Source: an uncultured Candidatus Saccharibacteria bacterium
Lineage (GTDB): Bacteria; Patescibacteriota; Minisyncoccia; Phycocordibacterales; UBA12088
Direction: 5' to 3'
Assembly: GCA_964562615.1 (NCBI GenBank)
Contig: CAZLUD010000002.1
Coordinates: forward strand, 153,300-217,299
Length of the DNA: 64,000 nt
The notes beneath the pieces were generated by a model. It saw only the letters and a program-made list of their open reading frames with translations, ran no database searches and had not been told where the DNA came from. Shown here one piece after another: positions 1 to 10,500 of the stretch (within the stretch, counting starts at the first letter, position 1; each line of letters begins with the position of its first letter). The translations under genes and the position numbers were made by a program.

Positions 1-1
1 A

Positions 2-2656
2 ACCCGCCATGATGAATTTGCTGGGCATGCATCACGCATGAATGAATTACGCGAGCTTGCTAAGCAATGTGCGGTACGGTGTGTTGCCGCACACGATGTC
101 TATTACCTATCGCCAAGCGATAGAAGGGCGCGCGAGGTAATGGTAAAAATCCAAACTGGTGGAATGGTAGAAGAAAATACCGCTAACGATGAAGATGAGG
201 ACTTTTCTTTTATCTCAAAAGAAACTGCGAATGAGTATTTTAGAGATCACCAAGAGGAGCTTGATGCCACTATAGAGATAGCTAATAAATGTACGCTCAC
301 TATCCCGCTTAAAGAGTGGAAATTCCCCCACTTTATTATTGAAAGTGGACGTACTCCAGATGAAGAGTTGAAAGAGCAAGCCTATAGAGGCGCACAGTGG
401 CGAGGATTGTCACTTGATGATGAGGTGATAAAACAACGCCTCGACTATGAGCTTGCCGTTATCAGCATGAAAAAGTACAGCGCGTACTTTCTTGTGGTGG
501 GAGACTTGGTGCGCGAAGCACGAAGCAGAGGCATACTCTCAACTATTAGAGGGTCAGTAGCCGGCTCACTTACGACCTATGTACTTGGTATTACCACGGT
601 AAACCCTCTTGAATTTGAAATTCCCTTTGAGCGCTTTTTAAATCCCGACAGACCAAGCGCCCCTGATATCGACATGGATTTTGCTGATAACAGAAGAGAC
701 GAGATTATCGAGTACGCAAGGAAAAAATACGGCGAAGACAAGGTGGCACAAATTGGTACCTTTGGAACCATGATGGCACGAGCCGCAGTACGTGACGTTG
801 CGCGAGCACTTGGTCACCCGTACGCCCTTGGCGATACTATCGCTAAGCTTATCCCCATGGGTAGCCAAGGCTTTCCTATGACGATAACGCACGCCTTTGA
901 AATTGAACCCGAGCTTGCCAAGCTATACAAAGACAATAGCGCGGCTAAAGAGGTTATTGACCTAGCCAAAAAAATTGAAGGTAAGGTGCGTCACATCTCG
1001 GTACACGCCGCCGGAGTGGTGATATCACCAGAACCACTTACTAACCATGTGCCACTCCAGCGCGACCCCAAGGGAGGTGATAAGCTCATCACACAGTACG
1101 ACATGTACTCGGTAGGAGAAGACGGTATTGGACTTTTAAAATTTGACTTTCTTGGTATTCGCAACTTATCCATACTCTCTGATGCAGTACGCCGAGTTAA
1201 AAAAATTCGTGGTATCGATGTGGATGTAGAGCACATTCCCTCTGATGATAAAAAAACATTTGACATGCTCGCTCGCGGCGAAACACTTGGACTCTTCCAG
1301 CTAAACGGCGCAGGGATGACCAAATTTTTGAAAGACCTCAAACCAACCACCATTCACGATGTAAACGCGATGGTTGCCCTCTATCGCCCGGGGCCGATGC
1401 AGTTTATCCCCCTCTATATTGAGAGAAAGTCTAATCCCCATCTCATTCGATATCCTGATCCTCTCATGGAACCTATCTTGAGAAAGACGTACGGTATTCT
1501 TGTGTACCAAGATGACCTACTACTCCTCGCACACAAGCTTGCAGGCTACACATGGCTTGAGCTTGATAAATTTAGAAAGGCAGTCGGAAAAAAAATACCA
1601 GAAGAGATGGCAGCGCAAAAAGAGCGTTTCGTCACTGGCTGTATGGAAACAAGCGGATGGGACAGAAAAAAGGCAGAGGGAATTTGGCTATGGATAGAGC
1701 CATTTGCTGCGTACGGCTTTAACAAGGCGCACTCGGTAAGTTATGGGCGAGTTGCCTACCAAACCGCCTACATGAAGGCAAATTATCCTGTCGAATACAT
1801 GAGCGCGGTGCTTACCGCAGAAAGCGGTGACGTAGAAGAGGTTGCAGAAATTATTGCCGAGTGTAAACGAATGAACATTCCAGTTTTGCCACCTGATGTT
1901 AATGAATCCTTTGAAGATTTCTCTGTAGTACCTCAATCACAAACTATCCGCTTTGGACTTACCAGTATTAAAAACTTTGGAGAAGGAATAGCACACACCA
2001 TCGTTGAAGAACGTAAAGCACATGGCACCTACGCTTCCTTGGAAGATTTTCTCACTCGCATTCACTCACAAAACTTAAATAAGCGATCTCTTGAATCTCT
2101 TGTTAAAGCTGGCGCGCTTGATTGTTTTGGCGTATCTCGCAACCGTCTCTTAGAAAATATCGAGTTGGTACTTTCCTACAGCAAATTCGCAAGTGAAGAC
2201 ACCGGGCAATCGTCATTATTTAGCTCGATACACACAGGACCAGAGCCACTCGTCCTTCCTGACGCTCCTGAGCTTGATGCCCGCACGCGTCTTGCGTTTG
2301 AAAAAGAGCTCCTTGGTCTTTATGTCTCAGGACACCCTCTCGATAGCCACAAAGAAAAACTCGAGTCGCGCGCTAAACATATTGGACAAATAAAAACAGA
2401 TGCACCAATTGGGATAGAGGTAATCATTACAGGTATTGTAGAAGAAGCGAAGGTGGTCATCACCAAAAAGGGTGACAAAATGGCATTTGTAAGAATCGCT
2501 GACTTTAATGACACAATTGAAGTAGTTGTATTTCCAAGTATATATACAGAATTTCAACAATTCCTCGTACCTGATACCTGCATTGCGATAAAGGGCAAAA
2601 TGTCGGGCAGAAATGGCGAAAAAAGCGTCGTCGCCGATAAGGTAAAGCTGCTCTAG
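2..2656 (+). CDS. dnaE: DNA polymerase III alpha subunit, C-terminal ~880 aa. The 5' end is truncated by the window edge: the reading frame is open back to nt 2.
   Basis: GLLKFDFLGIRNLS motif; polymerase palm/fingers and OB-fold region typical of DnaE. Frame open upstream of the ATG at 38. Confidence 0.85.
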   Translation, partial: TRHDEFAGHASRMNELRELAKQCAVRCVAAHDVYYLSPSDRRAREVMVKIQTGGMVEENTANDEDEDFSFISKETANEYFRDHQEELDATIEIANKCTLTIPLKEWKFPHFIIESGRTPDEELKEQAYRGAQWRGLSLDDEVIKQRLDYELAVISMKKYSAYFLVVGDLVREARSRGILSTIRGSVAGSLTTYVLGITTVNPLEFEIPFERFLNPDRPSAPDIDMDFADNRRDEIIEYARKKYGEDKVAQIGTFGTMMARAAVRDVARALGHPYALGDTIAKLIPMGSQGFPMTITHAFEIEPELAKLYKDNSAAKEVIDLAKKIEGKVRHISVHAAGVVISPEPLTNHVPLQRDPKGGDKLITQYDMYSVGEDGIGLLKFDFLGIRNLSILSDAVRRVKKIRGIDVDVEHIPSDDKKTFDMLARGETLGLFQLNGAGMTKFLKDLKPTTIHDVNAMVALYRPGPMQFIPLYIERKSNPHLIRYPDPLMEPILRKTYGILVYQDDLLLLAHKLAGYTWLELDKFRKAVGKKIPEEMAAQKERFVTGCMETSGWDRKKAEGIWLWIEPFAAYGFNKAHSVSYGRVAYQTAYMKANYPVEYMSAVLTAESGDVEEVAEIIAECKRMNIPVLPPDVNESFEDFSVVPQSQTIRFGLTSIKNFGEGIAHTIVEERKAHGTYASLEDFLTRIHSQNLNKRSLESLVKAGALDCFGVSRNRLLENIELVLSYSKFASEDTGQSSLFSSIHTGPEPLVLPDAPELDARTRLAFEKELLGLYVSGHPLDSHKEKLESRAKHIGQIKTDAPIGIEVIITGIVEEAKVVITKKGDKMAFVRIADFNDTIEVVVFPSIYTEFQQFLVPDTCIAIKGKMSGRNGEKSVVADKVKLL

Positions 2657-2670
2657 CACACATCCAATCA

Positions 2671-2708
2671 TTGTTGGTTTCCCTAACGCAAAAACTATGC
2701 GTATAATG
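2671..2708 (+). promoter_or_regulatory. Possible -10 box (TATAAT at 2703-2708) only ~8 nt upstream of the thrS ATG, with a weak TTGTTG upstream. Suggests a leaderless or very short-leader thrS mRNA.
   Basis: Seen in sequence: gcgTATAATggcggtatatggcATG. The -35 spacing is poor. Confidence 0.25.
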
Positions 2709-2715
2709 GCGGTAT

Positions 2716-4449
2716 ATGGCATCAATTGAACATGTACGACACACTCTTGCCCACCTTTTAGCACAGGCAGTACTAGAGCACTATCCTCACGCAAAGCCAA
2801 CCATTGGCCCAGCCATAGATACAGGCTTTTATTATGATTTTGATTTTGGCACTGACGGCAAGCCCGGAGACACGGAGTTAAAGGCAATCGAAAAAACAAT
2901 GAAGAAACGCCTTAATACGTGGACGGCATTTACCCATGAGGAGGTTACCCCACAAAAGGCAAAGGAGATTTTTAGTGGTAACCCCTACAAGCTCGAACTC
3001 ATTAATGAGCTCGAGGAGAAAGGCGAAACCATCACCCTCTACACCTGCGGAGGCTTTACTGATCTATGCCGTGGTGGACACACTGATGCGCCTAATAAAG
3101 AAATAGACACTGACGCATTTACACTTGAGCGTGTTGCGGGAGCCTACTGGAGAGGCGATGAACGAAACACCATGCTTACCCGCATCTATGGACTTGCCTT
3201 TTCTAACAAGACAGACCTTGATACCTACCTCCGAGATCGTGAAGAAGCAAAAAAGCGTGATCACAGAAAGATAATAAAAGACCAAGACCTTGTTACCTTT
3301 TCTGAATTAGTTGGCGCCGGACTCCCCTTGTGGACACCCAAAGGCACGCTCATTAGGCACCTCCTTGATACATTTGTATGGCGACTACGTGAGGAGCATG
3401 GATACCAGCGTGTCACTATTCCTCACATCACCAAAAAGGACCTCTATGTCACCTCTGGTCACTGGGAAAAATTTGCTGATGAGCTCTTCCGTATTACTAC
3501 TCGTGAGGGTAAAGAATACGCGCTAAAACCAATGAACTGTCCTCACCACACGCAGATATTTGCACGGCATCCTCACTCCTATAAAGACATGCCTCAGCGG
3601 TATGCAGAGACCACCATGGTCTACAGAGACGAGCAATCAGGAGAGCTTGGTGGCCTTACCCGGGTACTTTCTATTACACAAGATGACAGTCATGTATTTT
3701 GCCGTCATTCTCAAGTAAAAGAGGAATTCTTTAGGATATGGGATATTGTGGACAGATTCTATGGGGCATTCGGATTCTCACTAAGAGTACGCCTCTCATT
3801 CCACGACAAAGACCATTTTGAAAAGTACCTAGGTACCAAAGAGATATGGGAAAAGGCAGAAACCGCACTCCGCGAGATTGCTCATGAGAGAAATGCAGAT
3901 TCATTTGAGGCGCCAGGAGAGGCTGCTATGTACGGGCCAAAACTCGATTTCATGGCAAAGGACTCACTAGGCCGAGAACACCAAGTTGCTACCATACAGC
4001 TTGATATGAATCTCCCAGAGAGATTTGACCTATTTTGCATCAATGAACAAAGCGAAAAAGAGCGTATTGTGATGATTCACTGCGCCATCATGGGCTCGAT
4101 TGAGCGATTCTCTGCAGTACTCTTTGAACACACGGGAGGCGCGTTTCCACTATGGCTTTCACCCGAACAACTTCGCATTCTTCCTATTGCAGAAGCACAT
4201 CATGAATATGCAGAGACCGTAAGAAAGACGCTTGCAGCTAAAGGCTTTAGAGTAAAAATACTTCCTGCAACTGATTCACTTGGTAAGCGAATACGTGCAA
4301 GTTCACTTGAGAAAATTCCTTACACCCTAGTGATTGGAGACGCTGAAATGAACAGCGCAAGTGTCACCCTAGAGAGCCGTGACCATGGGAAATTAGGCAC
4401 CAAAACAATTGATGAAATGTTCGAGCTTCTTCAAAAAGAAATGCAGTAG
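2716..4449 (+). CDS. thrS: Threonyl-tRNA synthetase. It lacks the N-terminal TGS domain but keeps the editing (tRNA_SAD) domain, the class II core and the anticodon-binding domain.
   Basis: HxxxH (HTLAH) and CGG..H zinc motifs of the editing domain; class II core MNCPHHTQIF; PLWLSPEQ. Confidence 0.9.
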   Translation: MASIEHVRHTLAHLLAQAVLEHYPHAKPTIGPAIDTGFYYDFDFGTDGKPGDTELKAIEKTMKKRLNTWTAFTHEEVTPQKAKEIFSGNPYKLELINELEEKGETITLYTCGGFTDLCRGGHTDAPNKEIDTDAFTLERVAGAYWRGDERNTMLTRIYGLAFSNKTDLDTYLRDREEAKKRDHRKIIKDQDLVTFSELVGAGLPLWTPKGTLIRHLLDTFVWRLREEHGYQRVTIPHITKKDLYVTSGHWEKFADELFRITTREGKEYALKPMNCPHHTQIFARHPHSYKDMPQRYAETTMVYRDEQSGELGGLTRVLSITQDDSHVFCRHSQVKEEFFRIWDIVDRFYGAFGFSLRVRLSFHDKDHFEKYLGTKEIWEKAETALREIAHERNADSFEAPGEAAMYGPKLDFMAKDSLGREHQVATIQLDMNLPERFDLFCINEQSEKERIVMIHCAIMGSIERFSAVLFEHTGGAFPLWLSPEQLRILPIAEAHHEYAETVRKTLAAKGFRVKILPATDSLGKRIRASSLEKIPYTLVIGDAEMNSASVTLESRDHGKLGTKTIDEMFELLQKEMQ

Positions 4450-4482
4450 ACTCCCCTCCCTTACCCTTCCATATCTACATAA

Positions 4483-4519
4483 AAACAAACAGAGCGACAT
4501 GTGTCGCTCTGTTTGTTTT
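4483..4519. terminator. Bidirectional intrinsic-terminator hairpin between the convergent thrS and the giant surface-protein gene.
   Basis: aaacaaacagagcgaca-tgtg-tcgctctgtttgttt gives a perfect ~16-bp stem, with T/A-rich runs on both sides. Confidence 0.7.
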
Positions 4520-4542
4520 ATACGTACTCGTACGTACCGATA

Positions 4543-7500
4543 CTACTCACCTTTTCTGAAGGTGCGTCCCTTTTGCTTTTCAATAAAGTCTACCACTTTC
4601 GCGATAGCAATTTTTGCGCCTGTTTGTGAGTGGCTGTAGGTATAGTCAACACCACCAGAGAGGATTTCAATGATGTGTTCAAGCTCACCATTGCTCCAGA
4701 TAGCCGTTACCTCAAGAAGATCACGATTTGCGCGTCTTCCGCCCTCGATTCTGTTTTTGAATACATCATCAAGCTCGGTAACTACCTGCATAAGGAAGTT
4801 TTGCGCGTCATAGCCTTGGCCTGCAAGCTTTCTCAAGAAGTTGAATGACTTCTCTTCTTTGCCCTCAGCGAGCCATGAGATAAAGGTTGCGATCGCTGAA
4901 ATAGTAGTCAATCCTTCATGTGATGATGAGACCGCTCGCTCGTGTCGTGGCTCGCTGTGCGGCGTGACATGAGCAGAGAATCGTTCACGTGGCATCTGGT
5001 TCTGTGAGGTAGAACGATTGGTACCATGATATCCATCTCTATCTCTAGAATATCGTTCAAGAGAGAATCTATCAGAAGCAACTGCTGATGCCTGTGGCGC
5101 AGCTGGTGCATACTCTTCTACTGCTTTATCAGTAATGGTGTCAGCTGGTGCTTCTACTACTGTTTCTTCTGTAGTAATAGACGCAGGTACATCATGAGCA
5201 ATTTCTGTATCTCGTCGAGTCTCTCTCGTATCTCGCGCACCGTCAATATCTCGTGTTGCAATACGAAGTGCTTGTATGCGCTCACGGTTAAGCGGTATCC
5301 ATCCATCTTCACGTGGATATAGTTTCTTTGCAGCAAGAATCATTTCTTCAAGAAGCATACGTGCCTTTTGCTCATCACTATCAGAGTACGCAACAATCTG
5401 CGCAAGACCTTCAGGAGAAACAAGAACATCTGATTCATACGCGGTCTTCTCAAGCACTCCTTCAAGATATCTATCTGCAATTGCCTCCTTGTGCCACAGA
5501 CGATCAGCTGGAACAGCTGGTGCCTGTGCTTGAGCAGCAAATTGCATAGTGCCTGTTGGAAGATTGTGAGGCGGGTTGTTTGTTCGAGTTACCGGTGCCT
5601 CAGCGCGTGGCGCATGAGTAGGCGCTGGCATGTATCGTGGCTCTTCAGGTGACACATGATGTGAGTGTGCATAGTGATTATGTATCTCTTGTTGAGGCGC
5701 TCGTGGATATTCAGTTGCTGCCTCACGTGGGCTATCTACGTATCGCATTTTTTCTACTTCTCGCTCATCGAGGTATTCTCCCGCTCGTGTAAACGCGACG
5801 CGAATAAATCGGTGGAGATACTGCCTCACGATAAGGTAGTGCGTCATGATACCGGTTACCACAAGTACAGTAAGCCAGAAGAAGAAGGTAAGCAGTGGGC
5901 CAGCTTCAAATCCTGTGTACGGCACTTGAGAAAGGTACACGAAAGCAAGCGGTTGATCAGTTGGAGGCGTAATAGAAGGTGGGGTGGTTGTTGACGCGAT
6001 AGTCACTCTTGGTGGGTTAAGCCCACCGCCGCCTCCACAATTACCGTTAGGACATAGTGGTTGTAGGTCTATTCGTGCCGTACAGGTAGTAGTACCAAAT
6101 TCACCACTAAATACTCCGGTATATAGCTTGCTACTGTTTGCCACAAACTTTGCTGATCCAGACACACTCACATCATTAAGATCAGGCGTGATAGTGGTCT
6201 TGGTTACATTAGTACCACTCCATGAAAGTGTTACTTCAGTATTTTGACCTTCTACAACACGATTAGGTGTAATAGACATCTCACAGACTGGCACCTTGTT
6301 AGGTACAGTCACCGTTGCCTGACAGGTTACCACTGCGCCCGTTGCGCCTGTTGCAGTAAGGGTGTAGGTGGTGGTTTGTGTTGGTGTTACTTGTGTTGAG
6401 TTATTAGCAGTTACTGAACCGATACCCTTATCAATAGATATAGAAGTTGCTCGTAGGGTTGTCCAGGTAAGCGTTGCAGCATCACCGGCTTTTGCAAGTG
6501 TTTGAGGCGATGCGACAAGCGTACAGAATGGTGGGTCAATTGGAGTTTCTACCGTCACTGTTACCTTACAGGTCACGGTCTTTCCCTTTTCACCAGTAAA
6601 GGTACCCGTGTACTCGGTAGTAACCTCAGGTGAGACTACCTTTGAACCATTAAGCGCGATAGCGCCAATACCAGAATCTATACTTGCACCAAAGGTGTTT
6701 TGACTTGTCCACGTTATGGTTGCGCTCTCGCCTTTCTTTATCGTTGATGGTGCTACGCTCATTGCACAGACAGGATCTTGTGGCTCAGGTAGTTTTTCAA
6801 AGGCAGCACACAACGGCACGATATCGTTAGTAGATGATGCGTCTGGGTACGCAGCATGGACAGCGACCGCAGTCTTGGTGTCTTGTGATATAACCAGTTC
6901 GCTATTTACTACTGATACATCGTAATCTTTTGTATCAGCAAGATCAGGTGATGCATTTGTAGAAACAATAGTTGATCCAACCAAGTCACGCAATTTTACA
7001 AACCACTGCTCTTTTGGCTCGGTAACGATGGTTCTGTCAGTGTGATAGTCAAATGACGCAAGCGTTACTTTGTAGGTACCTTTTGCTAGCTCTGCAGGTA
7101 CTGGAGCGGTTTCTGCCGCTGAACCAGACTGATCAGATCGTATCTTACCAGTAGAGAGGTTTACTATCGTTATTCCTTGTGATGGTGAAAGTGGACATAC
7201 CGGCAATGTGTCTTGCTTTACCACAACTGGTGCAGAACACGTGATAGTCTTTCCGTTTTCTCCAACAAAGGTTCCTGTATAGGTAACGTTGGTTGTTGGT
7301 GAAAGATTTTTAGTACCACTTGCTCCTACTGAACCTACGCCATTGTCTATGGTAACTGACGTTACGTTGGTACCATTCCATGTAAGAGTGATGCTTTCAC
7401 CAAGTTTAATAACACTCTTATCTACGCTCATAGCACAGATAGGATCAGGAATTATTCTAAGTTCTCCAAAGTTGTTTCGCTCACTATGATCTCCAGGAGC

Positions 7501-10500
7501 AAGCACGATACTTGAGAACACATCATTTACTGTGTCATTTCCTCCCTTTGTTCCTATTTGATCAAACCAATCTTCATACCCCGCTGGTTGTGACTCAATA
7601 ACGGTATAAGTTCCCTGCTCAAGATTATCAAAGAGATAACATCCATCCGCGCCGGTAGTGGTGGTCTTAGTTACTGCTGAGCCACTTACCGTGGTGCCAG
7701 TAAGAGAGATGGTAGTACCAGGAATTGGTGCATCGTTAGTGTCTTTTACTTTGTTCTTGTTAGCATCAACATATACGCATCCAGATATTTTAGCTGGTGC
7801 AAGGCTCTCTACTCGCTCAAAGAGCGCACAGATTGGAATGATGCTGTTTGGATTGCTGTTTGGATATGCTGCGTGCTTAGCAGTTACCTGTGTGATGGTC
7901 TGGGTAACTTCTAGTCGATCGTTTACCACTTGTGAAAGATAGTTCTGGTCATCAGGAAGATCTCCTATAGTACCGCTCGTACCAAGTGATATAAGTCCAC
8001 CAAATCGAGCAAATGATAGGAACCATTTCTCATCAGGCTGTACTTGTCCTGGCTTTGCTGAGTGTTCATCAAATGAGGCAAGAGTGACTTTGTAGATACC
8101 ACTTGGGATCTCGGTAGTAAATGGACCCTTCTCTGAATTTGCTTTTGTCTGATCTGATCTGATGAGTCCATCACCAAAGTCAATAAGGATTTTATCCGCA
8201 CCGCCAACAAGTGGGCATGTTGGTGTTTGTGGAGGCGGCAAGACAACTATTGGTGCTGAGCAGGTGATTACTTTTCCATTTACTCCAGTTACTGAAGCTG
8301 TGTACGTAGTACTTTGTGATGGTGTCACACTTTGTGATCCATTTACCGCCACGCTACCAACGCCATTATTTATGGTGACGCTAGATGCATTCTCAGTAGT
8401 CCATACCAATGTTGCTACTCCGCCTTGGGTGATTGTGCCTGGGTTAACGGTGAGCGTACACACTGGCTCTGGCTTAGGAGAAACGGTGATTGTAGTACTG
8501 CAAGAAATAGTCTTGCCCTCATTACCTATAAAGGTAGCGGTGTAGGTGGTTGTTTGTGTTGGAGAAACAGCGCTAGAACCATTTACCGCTATAGAGCCTA
8601 CTCCATTATCAATAGAACCACTTGAAGTGTTACTTGAAGTCCATACGAGTGTTGCAGTGCCTCCTGTTTGAATTGAAGATGGGCTTGCAGAAAGCGCACA
8701 TACTGGATTTGGTGTTGGGTTAACCACAATCGTAGTCACACACGTAACACTCTTTCCTGCTTCACCCATAAAGGTTGCCCTATAGGTGGTAGTTTCTGTT
8801 GGCGCTACTGTCTTTGATCCCTGCACCTCTATGCTGCCGATATTGTTATCAAGCGATGCAGAAAGTGCGTGTTGTGATGTCCAGCTAAGAAGTACTTCTC
8901 CACCCTTTGTGATAGTAGTTGGGAAGCCAGTGAGCGTACAAATTGGATCCTTAGGTTCTGGAAGTTTTTCAAATGCTGCACAGATAGGCACGATACTGTT
9001 TGGGTTGCTGTTTGGATATGCTGCATGAGTTACTACTCCAGTTTTTACATCACCGTCTATCTTGAGATTGCTGTTTACCAGCTCCACAAGATAATCTTGC
9101 GTATCAGGAAGGTCTGCAATCGCCGATGTAGTAACTATTGTTGATCCCGTGATAGAGCGAAGCGCAAGTTCCCATGATTCGTTAGGCTGTACTTGTCCAG
9201 GCTTATTGGTGTGATCATCGTACGAAGCAAGGTATACACGGTACGATCCTTGTGGAAGGTTGAGGGCAAATGGCCCTACGGTAGCACTTGCTTGTGATGA
9301 GTTTGCCGTGATGATGTTTGTGGTAATAGGTACCACGGTAAGTCCATCACGTGGTGCAATAGGACACGTTGGCGATGTTGGTGGAGGTGTTACCGTCACC
9401 TTAGCAGAACAGGTAATGGTCTTTCCGTTGGTACCAACAAATGTTCCGATGTAGGTAGTGGTATCACTTGGCGATACTGACTTTGAACCATTTACTGCAA
9501 CTTGTCCTACCCCATCGCTAATTGATGCTGAAGCAACATTTGATGTTGTCCATGACAGTGTCGCAAGACCACCCTTTACTATCGTGCTTGGTGTAATGGT
9601 CATCTGACAAATAGGGTCTGCAAGCGGTACCACCACAATAGTCTGTGAACAGGTAATAACTGAGTTATCTGTACCAACAAATGTACCAGTGTACGTTGTA
9701 GTCTGTGTTGGAGAAACCACCTTGGTGCCAGTCGTAGAAACTGAACCAACACCACCATCTATACTTGCGCTCTTTGTGTTAGTTGAAGACCATGAAAGCG
9801 TAGTAGAACCTCCCACAGAAATAGTGGTAGGGTTTGCCGACATCGTACAGGTAGGTGGCTTTGGAGTATCAGGCAACTTTTTAAAGGCTGCACAGATAGG
9901 GATAATACTGTTAGGTGAAGAGGTATCTGGGTACGCTGCGTGTACCGCCTTTACTGATGAAGCGCTACCTATAGTGAGTGCGGAGTTTACTTTTTGAGTA
10001 AGATAATCTTGTGAATCAGCCAAATCACTTATTGCGTTTGATTGTACTCCGTTGTTTAGCTCAACAAACCAACGTTCGTTAGGTTGCACCTGCCCCACCT
10101 TGTGGGTGTGATCGTCATACGATGCAAGAGTCACGTCGTATTGTCCTGCTGCAAGGTTTACCGCAACTGGTCCCGCAATAGCACTTGATTGGCTAAGGTC
10201 AGAACGTAGTACGGTTGTACCAAAGTTTACAATGGTAGTATCCGCAGATGGAGTGAGCGGACAAGTTGGTCCTGCTACTGGTTTTTTATCAAATGCGACA
10301 CATACAGGCACGACACTATTGTATTTAGTATTCGGCGTTGCGTGGCGCGCGGTTATTTTTGCGATTGGCTCACCAATGAGTGCATTGGTAGCAAAGTTTG
10401 CAGTTACTGATGCTTCTTTTACTCCATCAGCAAGATCTGCGGTTGGTCCATAGGTCGCGATGGTGTTTCCTACTCCATTATATATATCTAGGTACCACTG

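Noticed and set aside
5560-5575. Canonical LPTG motif (..NLPTGTMQF..) in the cytoplasmic tail of the adhesin.
   Set aside because: It is not followed by a hydrophobic segment and lies on the predicted cytoplasmic side. It is probably fortuitous. The VPYTG-TM-basic segment upstream is the credible sorting signal.
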